Part shown: positions 28,079-37,798 of the stretch, piece by piece | Layout: every line of letters begins with the position of its first letter | Numbering within the stretch: position 1 is the first letter of the stretch | NCBI GenBank assembly: GCA_023139205.1 | Contig: JAGLOA010000002.1 | Coordinates: 27,530-91,529, forward strand | Length of the DNA stretch: 64,000 nucleotides | From: Candidatus Pacearchaeota archaeon | GTDB taxonomy: Archaea > Nanobdellota > Nanobdellia > Pacearchaeales > GW2011-AR1 | Direction of reading: 5' to 3' | Program-made: the position numbers and the translations under genes | The notes under the pieces: generated by a model | Databases searched by the model: none | Told to the model about the DNA's origin: nothing | Seen by the model: only the letters and a program-made list of their open reading frames with translations

Positions 28079-29062
28079 ATGGATAAAATAACTAAAACAA
28101 AACTACTTAATGAATACAAGGATGGGGATGTTGTTAATGATATTTTTGTCGTCAAAATAAAAAAAGGAGTCTCAGATTATACAAAAGGATATTATTTCTC
28201 TTTAATATTAACTGATTCAAGTGGGAAGAGTATTGAATATAGATATTGGGGAGGTGCTGATGAGAATGTTGTAAAAGAACTTTATGATTCAATAAAAAAC
28301 GATTCTGTTCTTTTGGTAAATGGTTCAGTTTCTTCTTACCAAGGTAAATTACAAATAATGTCTAATGAAAAACATTTAATTGAGGTTCTTAAAGATGAAG
28401 AATATAATCAAGAGGATTTTATTAAAAGAACTGAAAAAGATTTAGAAGAATTATATAAAAAAGTAGAAAATTATATTGAGAACATAAAGAATGAAAAATT
28501 AAAACTACTTCTTAAAAATATATTCGACGATGAAATAAAACAAGAATTTAAGAAACATCCAGCAGCTATTTCAATTCACCATAATTGGATTGGAGGATTA
28601 TTAGAACATACATTAGAAGTAATAAGATATTGTGAAGTAAGTAAAGAAATTTTCCCAGAACTTGATGAAGATTTATTAATTACTGGGGCAATCTTACACG
28701 ATATTGGGAAATTAGAAGAGATGGAAATGACCACAAGAATAAAGGGAACAAATTCTGGGATGTTTATTGGTCATATTATTCTTGGTTCAATATTCGTATC
28801 AAATAAAATGAAAGAGATTGGATTGGAAGAAGAACTTCAGGATAAAATATTACATATGATTATCAGTCATCATGGAAAATTAGAATATGGTTCCGCAAAA
28901 GAGCCAATGTTTCCAGAAGCAAGAGTTCTATATTATGCTGATGAAATGAGTAGTAAAATAGCAGAAATGATAAATTTTGTGAAAGATAGCAAAGATGAAA
29001 CAGAAGATGATTTCATGCCTAAATGGAACAAAAATAAACCAACAAATATCTTTTTAAGATAA
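28079..29062 (+). CDS. OB-fold plus HD-domain phosphohydrolase (YhaM-like 3'-5' exonuclease family)
   Basis: N-terminal OB-fold-like segment, then the HD motifs LEHTLEV, AILHDIGK and ISHHG…YYADEMSSK. Confidence 0.65.
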   Translation: MDKITKTKLLNEYKDGDVVNDIFVVKIKKGVSDYTKGYYFSLILTDSSGKSIEYRYWGGADENVVKELYDSIKNDSVLLVNGSVSSYQGKLQIMSNEKHLIEVLKDEEYNQEDFIKRTEKDLEELYKKVENYIENIKNEKLKLLLKNIFDDEIKQEFKKHPAAISIHHNWIGGLLEHTLEVIRYCEVSKEIFPELDEDLLITGAILHDIGKLEEMEMTTRIKGTNSGMFIGHIILGSIFVSNKMKEIGLEEELQDKILHMIISHHGKLEYGSAKEPMFPEARVLYYADEMSSKIAEMINFVKDSKDETEDDFMPKWNKNKPTNIFLR

Positions 29063-29087
29063 AGTTAGAGGAGAGGGATAATAAAAA

Positions 29088-29921
29088 ATGGTTGAAGAAC
29101 AAATTTCAATAAATGGGAAGAAGACCTCAAAAAAAGATGTTTTAATTATAAAATATGAAGGTCCTTCATTTAAAAATAGAATGGAATTGCATTCGTTTAT
29201 TAGGCAGATAAATTCTATTGAGAAATTATTAAAAGAAAGTATAATTCAATTGAATAAGACACAAAAAATTAAAGATAAACCTCAAGAACCTAAATATTAT
29301 TTAAAACTTCAAGAAGGTTCTTTTGAAACCGTTTTAATCATTTCATTTTTTCATCCTATTTTAGTAAGTACTCTTTCTAATCTTGTAATAGGATATTTTA
29401 AATATCTTGCAACAGGAATTTTAAGTAAAAACTATGAAAAAGAAATAAATAATTTAAGTAAAAATAAAGTAATAAGAAAAGCTACTAGAGAGATCATTAA
29501 TCCTTGCGTTTTAGATTCAGATAATGCGACAATTATTAATGGGAATTTAAATCAAACAAATATTACTTTTATGATAGAGAAAGAACAAAGAAAGGAAATT
29601 AAAGAAAATTTAATTAAAATAGAAAAAGAAATTCCAACTAAAAATTATGAACAAGAAATGTTTGGTAAAATTTTAAAAATAGATGCTGTAAGAACAGAGG
29701 AACATTTAAGTCAAAGTAAGTTTGGTTTTGTAACGGAAGAAAATGAAAAACCTATTGAAGCTACTTTTGAAGAAGATATTTCTGAAGAAGAATTAAAAAA
29801 AATCTTATTTGAAAGAATCAAAGTTAATGCAATCGTATCTTACAAAGACGGAGAAAGAATTAATATAATTATTAAATCCCATGATCTTGCTCCATTAAAA
29901 ACCTTGGATTCTTATACTTGA
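29088..29921 (+). CDS. hypothetical protein
   Basis: 277-aa ORF with a central hydrophobic segment. No motif. Confidence 0.35.
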   Translation: MVEEQISINGKKTSKKDVLIIKYEGPSFKNRMELHSFIRQINSIEKLLKESIIQLNKTQKIKDKPQEPKYYLKLQEGSFETVLIISFFHPILVSTLSNLVIGYFKYLATGILSKNYEKEINNLSKNKVIRKATREIINPCVLDSDNATIINGNLNQTNITFMIEKEQRKEIKENLIKIEKEIPTKNYEQEMFGKILKIDAVRTEEHLSQSKFGFVTEENEKPIEATFEEDISEEELKKILFERIKVNAIVSYKDGERINIIIKSHDLAPLKTLDSYT

Positions 29922-30006
29922 AATAGTATAATCAATTAGTGAACCCAACTTCCCTTCTCCAACTATTCTCCCCTTCTTTAAATGATTTTTTTAATTTCCT
30001 TTGCCA

Positions 30007-30660
30007 TTACAATTCTCCATCCCATTCTTTGTGAAATTCATCAAGAAATTGTTCTATAAATTTATGTCTGTGGTTTGCCATCTCTTTTCCAGTTTTAGTA
30101 TTCATTCTATCTTTAAGTAAAAGAAGTTTTTCATAAAAATGATTGAGTGTTGGAGCATTACTATTTTTATATTCTTCTTTTGTCATGTTTAAATTTGGTT
30201 TTATTTCAGAATTGTAAATTTCTCTATTTTTATGGCCCCCATAGTTAAATGTCCTTGCGATTCCAATTGCTCCTATTGCGTCTAGTCTATCTGCATCCTG
30301 AATAACATCTAATTCAGGTGATTTGAATTTTTGAAGGTGTTTTCCTCCTTTAAATGAAATATTTGTAATTATGTTTTCAATATGAATTATAACTTCTTCT
30401 TCAACATTAAGCGAACTCAAAAATTCTCTTGCTTTGCTGGGACCAATTTCTTCATCTCCATCATTAAATTTTGAATCTGCTATATCATGAAGTAATGCTC
30501 CAAGTTCAACTATAAATAAATTAACATCTTCGGTTTTAGCAATGTGTTTAGATAATTTCCAAACACGATAAATATGCCACTAATCATGACCTGTTTCTGC
30601 GTCAGTTAAAACTTCTTTTGTGAAATCTATGGTTTTTTGGATTATGGTTTCTTGATCCAT
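30007..30660 (-). pseudogene. YpgQ/YedJ-like HD-domain phosphohydrolase gene interrupted by one in-frame TAG (at 30580..30582)
   Basis: Minus-strand translation from ATG 30660 gives MDQETIIQKTIDFTKEVLTDAETGHD*WHIYRVWKLSKHIAKTEDVNLFIVELGALLHDIADSKF… and continues in the same frame into the listed ORF 30007..30420 (DADRLDAIGAIGIARTF). The stop sits where the HDWxH motif normally has Trp (TGG). TAG ends other genes in this window. Confidence 0.6.
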
Positions 30661-30661
30661 A

Positions 30662-31525
30662 TTATTCTCCAATTGGATTTTGAAATTTTTTATTGACTTT
30701 CTCACTTCGTTTTTTCTGACTTTTATCAAGTTCTTTTATTTCTTCTCTTAACTCTGCAAAAGGATCTGGATTGTGTTTAAAATAAACTTCTTTAAGCCAG
30801 ATATGAATTTCTTCGAAATGTTTTTCCTGATCCAGCCAAACTTTTTTTTGATTATCTAGATGTAATAAAGAAGAGAATGAAATTATTTTTTCTTCTTTAT
30901 CTCCCTTTACAAATTCATGAAAAGTTATTTTCTTTTTTCCTTTATTTTCTTCAAAATGCTTAAATAAATTATCATAAATGTCTCTTATTTTATCTCGAAT
31001 ATTAAACTTCCTTTTTGGAAGAGAAAGAGCTGTTTCTTCTACTGCTCTTTGGTAAATTTTTTCTTTTGTAATTCTTCTGTTTTCAGTAACTAATGCCTTA
31101 TTTAGAGATTCCATCAGCTCTTTTAATGTAACTTTTTTGAATCTTGGTAAAGGGCTTCTTGGAATTAATTCTGGGATTTCATCTTCAAGTTCAATTCTTT
31201 CTATGGAAGTTTTCTTTTGTTCTTTTTTTCCAAAAAGAATTTCGTCAATGCTTTTAATGTATTTATTAAGCAAAATTTCTGATTTTATCCTTAATAAAAG
31301 TGCAGCAGCAAGGAGAACTTTACTTGAAACAAAGAAATCGGTTTCTTCCAAATGCTGGATTTTTTCTAAATATTTGTTTGTTAAAATTGTAAGATTTATG
31401 TCCCAAGGATTTAATTGTTCAGTGTTAATTAAATCATAAATTATTTCCTGCCAGCCAATTTCCCTGTTAAACAAAATGTCGTGAATTTGCTCTTGTTTTA
31501 CACTTGGTTTTTCCTCTTTTTCCAT
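30662..31525 (-). CDS. scpA: segregation and condensation protein A (ScpA kleisin)
   Basis: NPWDINLTILTNKYLEKIQHLEETDFFVSSKVLLAAALLLRIKSEILL matches the ScpA N-terminal domain signature. Confidence 0.7.
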   Translation of the reverse strand: MEKEEKPSVKQEQIHDILFNREIGWQEIIYDLINTEQLNPWDINLTILTNKYLEKIQHLEETDFFVSSKVLLAAALLLRIKSEILLNKYIKSIDEILFGKKEQKKTSIERIELEDEIPELIPRSPLPRFKKVTLKELMESLNKALVTENRRITKEKIYQRAVEETALSLPKRKFNIRDKIRDIYDNLFKHFEENKGKKKITFHEFVKGDKEEKIISFSSLLHLDNQKKVWLDQEKHFEEIHIWLKEVYFKHNPDPFAELREEIKELDKSQKKRSEKVNKKFQNPIGE

Positions 31526-31769
31526 TTATATTAGAGAAAAATTGATTTTATAAAATATTTGAATAGAAATTGTTTCAGGTAGTGCCTACAAAAAAAGAAG
31601 TAGTACCTAATAGAATTACTACTTTAAACTAATTACCCCCTGTCATTTCTAAAGGGTAACAGTACCGAAAGGTTTATATAATAGAAGATGCTTGAATTTA
31701 TATCACCTCTTTTTACCCAGGAGAGGCTTTGGGTTATCTTTTTGACTGACTTGAAGAATCTCCTAGGGT

Positions 31770-32630
31770 TTATAATAATTTATAACTTAATTTTCTTATT
31801 GCAATTTTATTTACAATTTTTTCAAGATAATTTGATTCAAGAGCAAATCCAAGATTTTCTCCTCCACTAATTTTAAAATTATTTATTCCTATAATATCTC
31901 CTTTTAAGTCTAATAAAGGTCCTCCAGAATTTCCAGGATTTAATGCAGTATCTGTTTGGATATATTCTCCAGGATAACCCTCTATTTTTTTATTAATCGC
32001 AGAAACAATTCCTTGTGAAACAGAAAATTCTAATCCAAAAGGATTGCCTATAGCAACAACATTTTCTCCAATTTGAACACCCTCAGAATCTCCAAGTTTT
32101 AGAGGGATATAACTATCGCTTTCTATTTTTAGGAGGCTTATATCCATTGCCTCATTATCTCCAATCTTTGACGCAGTGTGGTTAAAGAAAGTATAAACCC
32201 TTTCGTCATATGTTTTTATTTGTATAGACATGGTATCCATCCCTGAAATTATATGAGTATTTGTTATTATGTAACCTCCATCAGCAATAAAAAATCCTGA
32301 ACCTTGTGAACCCCCCGTTTTTATCATGACAACAGATTTCATTGAATTCCCTATTATTTTAGAAAAATCTGAATTAGATTTTAAATTCTCAAAATTGGAC
32401 TCTAAATTACTAAGATTGCTTTCGGTTAAGTTAATTTTAGAACCAATGGAATTTAGACTATCTGCTAAATCATTTAATTCTTTTTGCGTATCTGTTATTT
32501 TCCCAGTAAATTCTATATAATTTGCATCTAATTTAGTAAAAATCATATATACAAATATACTGCTTAGTACCATAAATCCAATTATTAAAAAAGTTGCACT
32601 TCCAATAATTATTTTATGATGCTTTTTCAT
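31770..32630 (-). CDS. membrane-anchored trypsin-like (S1/HtrA-type) serine protease without a PDZ domain
   Basis: N-terminal transmembrane helix. GSGFFIADGGYIITNTHII (His region), DISLLKI (Asp) and GNSGGPLLD (Ser) form the catalytic triad motifs. Its start overlaps the rps27ae stop. Confidence 0.75.
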   Translation of the reverse strand: MKKHHKIIIGSATFLIIGFMVLSSIFVYMIFTKLDANYIEFTGKITDTQKELNDLADSLNSIGSKINLTESNLSNLESNFENLKSNSDFSKIIGNSMKSVVMIKTGGSQGSGFFIADGGYIITNTHIISGMDTMSIQIKTYDERVYTFFNHTASKIGDNEAMDISLLKIESDSYIPLKLGDSEGVQIGENVVAIGNPFGLEFSVSQGIVSAINKKIEGYPGEYIQTDTALNPGNSGGPLLDLKGDIIGINNFKISGGENLGFALESNYLEKIVNKIAIRKLSYKLL

Positions 32631-32887
32631 TTGTCTTTAGGAGTCTCTTGTTTTTGCTCTTGGTTTTTGCTTTCTTCATCTAAGACTTTTTTGCCCTGAA
32701 ATTCAGCATAATGGCATTTACCACAATAAACTCTTCCCTGAGATTTCATTAGAAATACTCCTGGTCCACATCTTGGACAAAATCTTTCTCTTGTAATTTT
32801 GTCGCCTTCAATTTTATATTTTGTATATTTTTTACTAGTTGGTTTATTTTTATGAGGCTTTTTTCCTTTTTTTACTTTTTTTGCCAT
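32627..32887 (-). CDS. rps27ae: ribosomal protein S27ae
   Basis: C4 zinc ribbon CPRCGPG…CGKC after a basic N-terminus. Confidence 0.85.
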   Translation of the reverse strand: MAKKVKKGKKPHKNKPTSKKYTKYKIEGDKITRERFCPRCGPGVFLMKSQGRVYCGKCHYAEFQGKKVLDEESKNQEQKQETPKDK

Positions 32888-32888
32888 T

Positions 32889-33242
32889 TTATTTTTGAGC
32901 CTCCTCTTTTGTTGTTTCAGTAGAGGTTTGTTCTGATTCTGCTGGAACTTCTTCTACAGGTTTAGCCACATTATCTTTTGTAGCTCTCCCTGATTTTAAC
33001 TCTGTTTGATCTTTATCTTCTTTTGAAGTATAAATTCTTGCTTCAATATTAAAGTTTCTTGAACCAAAATTTCCCAGAATTTTATTTATACTAATATTTT
33101 CTACTGGAGAAGAAAATTTTTTAGAAATGAATTCCCGAACATCGTTCCTGCTTGGAGCAGAGTTAATTTCAATTTTTAAATGAAGTTCTTTTCTGTTAAA
33201 AAGAAGGTTTTCTTTTTCTTCTAATATCTCAAAGTTTTCCAT
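32889..33242 (-). CDS. rps24e: ribosomal protein S24e
   Basis: LLFNRKELHLKIEINSAPSRNDVREFISKKF matches S24e. Conserved position between spt4 and S27ae. Confidence 0.85.
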   Translation of the reverse strand: MENFEILEEKENLLFNRKELHLKIEINSAPSRNDVREFISKKFSSPVENISINKILGNFGSRNFNIEARIYTSKEDKDQTELKSGRATKDNVAKPVEEVPAESEQTSTETTKEEAQK

Positions 33243-33243
33243 T

Positions 33244-33432
33244 TTATCTGGCTTTTATTGCGAAATTCCCTTTCTTTTTAATATTTAATTTTTGTGCTAT
33301 TTCAGAATTTTCAGGATTTAAAACAACAATTCTTCCTTTGAAAGAGTCTGTTGATTCTTTTGATTCACATCCAGGACATTGATCTCCTTCATATATTCTC
33401 TTACAAATTTTACATGCTTTTTGTTTTTTCAT
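33244..33432 (-). CDS. spt4: transcription elongation factor Spt4 / RNA polymerase subunit E''
   Basis: 62 aa. CKICKRIYEGDQCPGC zinc ribbon. Canonical location directly downstream of rpoE'. Confidence 0.75.
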   Translation of the reverse strand: MKKQKACKICKRIYEGDQCPGCESKESTDSFKGRIVVLNPENSEIAQKLNIKKKGNFAIKAR

Positions 33433-34031
33433 TATTTCTTTTTCCCCTTAACTGCTTTTTCTTCTGCCTTTATAATTTTAACAGCTTCTTTTTGTCTTTT
33501 AGATTTATCTTCTTTAATCCATTCAAGTTTTCCTAAACCAGGTTGTCTCATTGTTAAACCGATTTTAGGTTCGTCACCTTTATGGCTTATTGCAACAATT
33601 CTTGCCAAACAAAAATCCCCTTGTTTTAAATTTCTTTTACTTGCTTTTCCTAAAAGTGAATTTGCTTTACTGAAACTTACGTAATCGTCCATTGTCTGGC
33701 TTATGTGTATCATTCCTCTCATTACGCCCATGTCTATGAATGCTCCAAAACTAGTTATTTCGGAAATCTTTCCATGAACTAATTCCTGTAATTCTGGTTT
33801 CCATGTTAATAATTTGAATTTTGAATTATAATAAGCAGCCCCATCTCCAGGGATAATCACGCCCTCTTTAACTTCTAAAACCTCCACAACAAAAATTACT
33901 TTTCCAAGTTCTTTATCATAGTATTCTGCATAAGTTTCATTAAGCTGTTTTTCAATAGCTTCGATAGTAGGCAAGCCAAATAACCTTGGCTCTACTCTTA
34001 CAAAATCTTCAACTTCAGTTAAATAGAACAT
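33432..34031 (-). CDS. rpoE: RNA polymerase subunit E' (Rpb7 homologue)
   Basis: N-terminal Rpb7 fold plus an S1 domain (GKISEITSFGAFIDMGVMRGMIHISQ). Confidence 0.85.
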   Translation of the reverse strand: MFYLTEVEDFVRVEPRLFGLPTIEAIEKQLNETYAEYYDKELGKVIFVVEVLEVKEGVIIPGDGAAYYNSKFKLLTWKPELQELVHGKISEITSFGAFIDMGVMRGMIHISQTMDDYVSFSKANSLLGKASKRNLKQGDFCLARIVAISHKGDEPKIGLTMRQPGLGKLEWIKEDKSKRQKEAVKIIKAEEKAVKGKKK

Positions 34032-34078
34032 TTTATAGAAAATATAATAAAAGTCCGTTTTTAAAGCTTATTATTAAG

Positions 34079-34450
34079 TTAGAATATCTCTAATTTCTTT
34101 TTTTGCCGAATAATAAGTTTAGAATTGTTTATTTTGTTTTTAATTCCCTGATCTAGGGTGGCTACGAGGACGTTTTTGTTTTTCTCAGCAAATCTTTTTA
34201 TTGCTTCATCTACATTTTTTACCTTTAGATCTACTTCTTTGAATTTGTATTTTTTTAATATTTCCAAAGAGAGATTTGCATCTTCCCTAAAATGCAGCTT
34301 TTTTTTCGAATCAGAAATTCCTTTAAGTTCTTTAATTACCTGCTTTGGAATTATTATTTGTATTCCTAAAAGTTTTATCTCTTCAAAAAAATCAATTTTT
34401 TGTTTTACACAGGTAAGAATAAAACTGGTGTCTAAGATTACTTGTTTCAT
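34079..34450 (-). CDS. small PIN-domain protein (Fcf1-like, COG1412-type)
   Basis: 123 aa. VILDTSFIL N-terminal PIN acidic motif. Sits in the position typically found upstream of rpoE' in archaea. Confidence 0.6.
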   Translation of the reverse strand: MKQVILDTSFILTCVKQKIDFFEEIKLLGIQIIIPKQVIKELKGISDSKKKLHFREDANLSLEILKKYKFKEVDLKVKNVDEAIKRFAEKNKNVLVATLDQGIKNKINNSKLIIRQKKKLEIF

Positions 34451-34500
34451 AAAAATAAGAAGATTAAGAAACTTTTAAATATTGCTTTTATTTTATCTTT

Positions 34501-35064
34501 TTGATGGAAGAAAAAGAGAATGTTCTGAGGATTTTTAAGGAAACAAAAGAGGCGATTGCAAAAAATGATTTTGCAAAAATTAAGAATTTAAGCAACCAAA
34601 CAATTAATACAGCTTCTTTAACCCATGACCCAGACAATATTGCTGTTGCAGTGGCTGTTTATTCTTTAAGTAAAATACTTGAACGAGAGGATTACAAAAA
34701 ACTTTCTGGATGGAATAATTTTTACAAAACATATGTGAGTGCAATAGATAAAATTATAATTGCTCTTGAAAAAGATAATGAAAAAGAAGTGAGAGAAAAT
34801 TTAAAATTAATCAGGAAAATGATTGGTTCTTTATCTGGAAAATTAAAAGAATATATTCAAGATGTTTTTAGAAAGGCCAGCATAAACAAGGCTTCAAAAA
34901 TTTATGAACATGGTATTTCTATGGAGAAAACTGCAAGTCTTTTGGGAATTACAATGTTTGAACTTGCTGGATATTCAGGACAGACAAGAATTTCAGATGT
35001 TTCTGAAAACAAAACTTTGAGTGTTAAATCAAGAATTAAAATAGCGATGGAGATGTTTGGATGA
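34501..35064 (+). CDS. hypothetical protein
   Basis: 187 aa, helical. The stop overlaps the next ORF (ATGA). Confidence 0.35.
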   Translation: MMEEKENVLRIFKETKEAIAKNDFAKIKNLSNQTINTASLTHDPDNIAVAVAVYSLSKILEREDYKKLSGWNNFYKTYVSAIDKIIIALEKDNEKEVRENLKLIRKMIGSLSGKLKEYIQDVFRKASINKASKIYEHGISMEKTASLLGITMFELAGYSGQTRISDVSENKTLSVKSRIKIAMEMFG

Positions 35065-35735
35065 AAGTAATAATTTTTGATGCAAGTACTTTGATTACTT
35101 TTGCTATGAATGGGCTTTTACCTGAATTTAAAGAATTAAAAAAAATTTTCAATGGAAAATTCATAATAACAAAGGATGTAAAAAGAGAAATTATTGATAG
35201 ACCAATAACAATAAAGAGATTTGAACTAGAGGCATTAAAACTTAAACAATTACTCGACGAGAAGATTATTGAGATGCCTTCCTGTTTAGGAATAAATGAA
35301 GATGAGATTTCAAAGAAAACAAAGGAAATTTTAAATTTAGCTAATAATATTTTTATTGGGAAAGGGAAGAATATAGAATTAATTCAGCTTGGTGAAGCTT
35401 CTTGTCTGGTATTGAGCAGGCTGCTTAATGAAAAGAAAATAGAAAATGTTATTGCTGTTGATGAAAGAACAACAAGGATGCTTGGGGAAAAACCAGAAAA
35501 TTTAGAGAGATTATTGAGAAAGAAATTACATACAAACATAACTTTGAAAAAAGAAAACTTTTATTTTTTTAAGGGTTTTAAATTTATAAGGTCTTCTGAA
35601 TTAGTTTATGTTGCATATAAAAAAGGACTTGTAAAATTGAAAAATGGTCCTGTATTAGATGCTTTACTCTGGGCAGTTAAGTTTAAAGGTTGTGCAATTT
35701 CAGGAGATGAAATAAATGAAATCAAAAGATTGTAA
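35061..35735 (+). CDS. hypothetical protein, possibly PIN-like fold
   Basis: VIIFDASTLI N-terminal Asp, QLGEASCLVL and IAVDERTT acidic positions resemble PIN catalytic residues. Weak. Confidence 0.3.
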   Translation: MKVIIFDASTLITFAMNGLLPEFKELKKIFNGKFIITKDVKREIIDRPITIKRFELEALKLKQLLDEKIIEMPSCLGINEDEISKKTKEILNLANNIFIGKGKNIELIQLGEASCLVLSRLLNEKKIENVIAVDERTTRMLGEKPENLERLLRKKLHTNITLKKENFYFFKGFKFIRSSELVYVAYKKGLVKLKNGPVLDALLWAVKFKGCAISGDEINEIKRL

Positions 35736-36113
35736 TTATTTATCTGGATTTTTGCACACAGAAATCAAATAAGAATTTTCTGATTTAAAGATAAAAATAT
35801 AATTTTCTTCTTCTTGTTTTTGAACAGAAAAAATCCCTTTTTTATCATCATTAAGATTATATCCCTCATTGGAATAAAAATCTTGGATTATGTTTTTTAT
35901 CTTTTCTTCAAAACATTTTGGATGATTTTTTAGAAGAGTAATATTAATAGTTCCTGTTGTTAAATCTTCTTTATCTGGATTACAAATAGGTTGATTATCT
36001 GGACCCAATTTTAACTTAGAACAAAGTATTCTTTCAAGTGAGCTTAATGTTGCGTCTTGGGTAAAATGTTCTGGTATTTTTGCCATTGTATTATATGTTT
36101 TTTGATCTGACAT
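35736..36113 (-). CDS. hypothetical protein
   Basis: 125-aa ORF. Confidence 0.3.
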   Translation of the reverse strand: MSDQKTYNTMAKIPEHFTQDATLSSLERILCSKLKLGPDNQPICNPDKEDLTTGTINITLLKNHPKCFEEKIKNIIQDFYSNEGYNLNDDKKGIFSVQKQEEENYIFIFKSENSYLISVCKNPDK

Positions 36114-36218
36114 TTTTTAGATTTTAAATTCTTTTTCTTTTTAAAGCTTTCTGTATGTAATTTAAACATATTTTTATTATAGAAAAGAATTAAAAGTAGA
36201 AGTTTTCTCTAATTAACA

Positions 36219-36289
36219 GGGTGCGTCGTATACTGGCAGTATATCTGCCTCCAGAGCAGAAGAAGGGGGTTCGATTCCCTCCGTGCCCA
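36219..36289 (+). tRNA. tRNA-Trp (anticodon CCA)
   Basis: Acceptor GGGTGCG/CGTGCCC, anticodon stem TCTGC/GCAGA (perfect), loop CTCCAGA, T arm GGGGG-TTCGATT-CCCTC, discriminator A. Confidence 0.8.
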
Positions 36290-36337
36290 TTTTTGTTTAA
36301 AAAAGTTTTATAAAGATTCATTCCTTATTTTTTTTTT

Positions 36338-36796
36338 ATGAAAAAGAATTTTCTCATAGGCTTGATTATTGGGACATTAGCAATAATTACCTTCTTTATT
36401 TTATTGAATTTAAATTATCCTAAAGAGTTAGAGTATTCAGAAAATTACACAAAAATGTTGGAATCAATTGAAGAGTGTAATTTGATAGATGTTAATGACA
36501 GGTGTTTTGGTTACCATTATTATTGGAAGGGGTGTTATTATGATCATAACGCAAAAAACTGCCCAAACTATGCTGGAACTTTAATAACAAAATTTGATTT
36601 TTATAATCTTAATAATCAAGAGAGAATTGATCTCTGTTTTGAATTTGAAAAAGATGGCTTTGTTGTAGATTGTTTGAGGAGATTATCTGAAACTAAAAAT
36701 TGTTTAGAATTTGCTTCTAATGATGATTATTTAATAGCAATTTGTAATCTTAGAAAAGGAGAGATACTTAATGAAACAATTTACTCTCCGAGGTAA
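36338..36796 (+). CDS. secreted Cys-rich hypothetical protein
   Basis: N-terminal transmembrane/signal segment. Eight or more Cys in the mature part. Confidence 0.35.
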   Translation: MKKNFLIGLIIGTLAIITFFILLNLNYPKELEYSENYTKMLESIEECNLIDVNDRCFGYHYYWKGCYYDHNAKNCPNYAGTLITKFDFYNLNNQERIDLCFEFEKDGFVVDCLRRLSETKNCLEFASNDDYLIAICNLRKGEILNETIYSPR

Positions 36797-36836
36797 GATA
36801 GAAATATTTAAATACTACATATGAATCTTTCTTCAT

Positions 36837-37145
36837 ATGAATAACAATACATACCATATTTTCTTTACAAATCTTGCTAATCCTCTTAAAATAGAAATAA
36901 TAGTTAGTCTTAAGAAAAGAGAGAAAAATGTTACAGAACTTTCTAAAGAATTAAAAATCGAACAAAGCAAAGTTTCTCATGCTTTGGCTTCTTTAAGGTG
37001 CTGTAATATTGTTAAAGTAAAACAAAAAGGTAAACAAAGAATTTATTTTTTAAATAAAGATACAATTATTCCTATGTTAAAATTAATTGATAAACATGCT
37101 AAAACTTTTTGTAAAGAATGTTGCTGCAAGGAGTGTAAGAAATGA
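36837..37145 (+). CDS. ArsR/SmtB-family wHTH regulator with a C-terminal Cys cluster
   Basis: …NVTELSKELKIEQSKVSHALASLRCCNIVK… is a wHTH recognition region. It is followed by CKECCCKECKK (candidate metal or redox-sensing site). Confidence 0.55.
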   Translation: MNNNTYHIFFTNLANPLKIEIIVSLKKREKNVTELSKELKIEQSKVSHALASLRCCNIVKVKQKGKQRIYFLNKDTIIPMLKLIDKHAKTFCKECCCKECKK

Positions 37146-37798
37146 AAAAGGGGATATTAAAAAAAATTAAGCAAATTGAGAAAGATAGAAAAGTAAAAGT
37201 ATTATTTTTAATTGAATCTGGGAGCAGGGCATGGAGATGGGAAAGTGAAGATAGTGATTATGATGTTAGGGGAGTTTATGTTCAAGATTATTTAAAAGTA
37301 GGGGATCTTGATAAACAAATCATTATTGTTGATGGAGAATTAGATATTGTTTTATGGGATTTTAGAAAATTTTTAAAAAAATTAATTAATATTTTTAAGA
37401 AAGGCTTTAGTGAACAGGCTCTTAAACAGCATTATGTTTCAATGGCAAGACAAAATTTTGAAAAATATATTAAAAATTCAGGAGATAAAGCTAATCTGAA
37501 AAAATATGTTTATGTTTTAAGAAGTGTGGCTTGTGTCCTCTGGATTGGAAAATATCATTCCCCTCCACCTAAAGATTATAAAAAAGTTGCAAAACTCTTA
37601 CCCAAAGAAGTTCAAAGATTTTTTAATAAAATTGTTGAAGACAAAAGAAAATCAGAAAGTTTAGAAGGAAGTAGAAATAAAGAAGTAGAAAAATATGTTT
37701 GTGGTTTCTTCAATAAGAAGTTTGATAAAACCGAAAGTAATTTTTCAGATAAATTAATTGATAAAATATTCAAAACTTATGTTATGGAGTTAAAATGA
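37142..37798 (+). CDS. predicted nucleotidyltransferase (RlaP/PF10127-like)
   Basis: LFLIESGSRAWRWESEDSDYDVRGVY has the GS…D.D pattern typical of that family. Confidence 0.5.
   Translation: MKKGILKKIKQIEKDRKVKVLFLIESGSRAWRWESEDSDYDVRGVYVQDYLKVGDLDKQIIIVDGELDIVLWDFRKFLKKLINIFKKGFSEQALKQHYVSMARQNFEKYIKNSGDKANLKKYVYVLRSVACVLWIGKYHSPPPKDYKKVAKLLPKEVQRFFNKIVEDKRKSESLEGSRNKEVEKYVCGFFNKKFDKTESNFSDKLIDKIFKTYVMELK

Noticed and set aside
33351-33684. Plus-strand ORFs (61 and 101 aa) antisense to spt4/rpoE'
   Set aside because: Antisense to conserved genes; hydrophobic low-complexity translation typical of AT-rich antisense frames.
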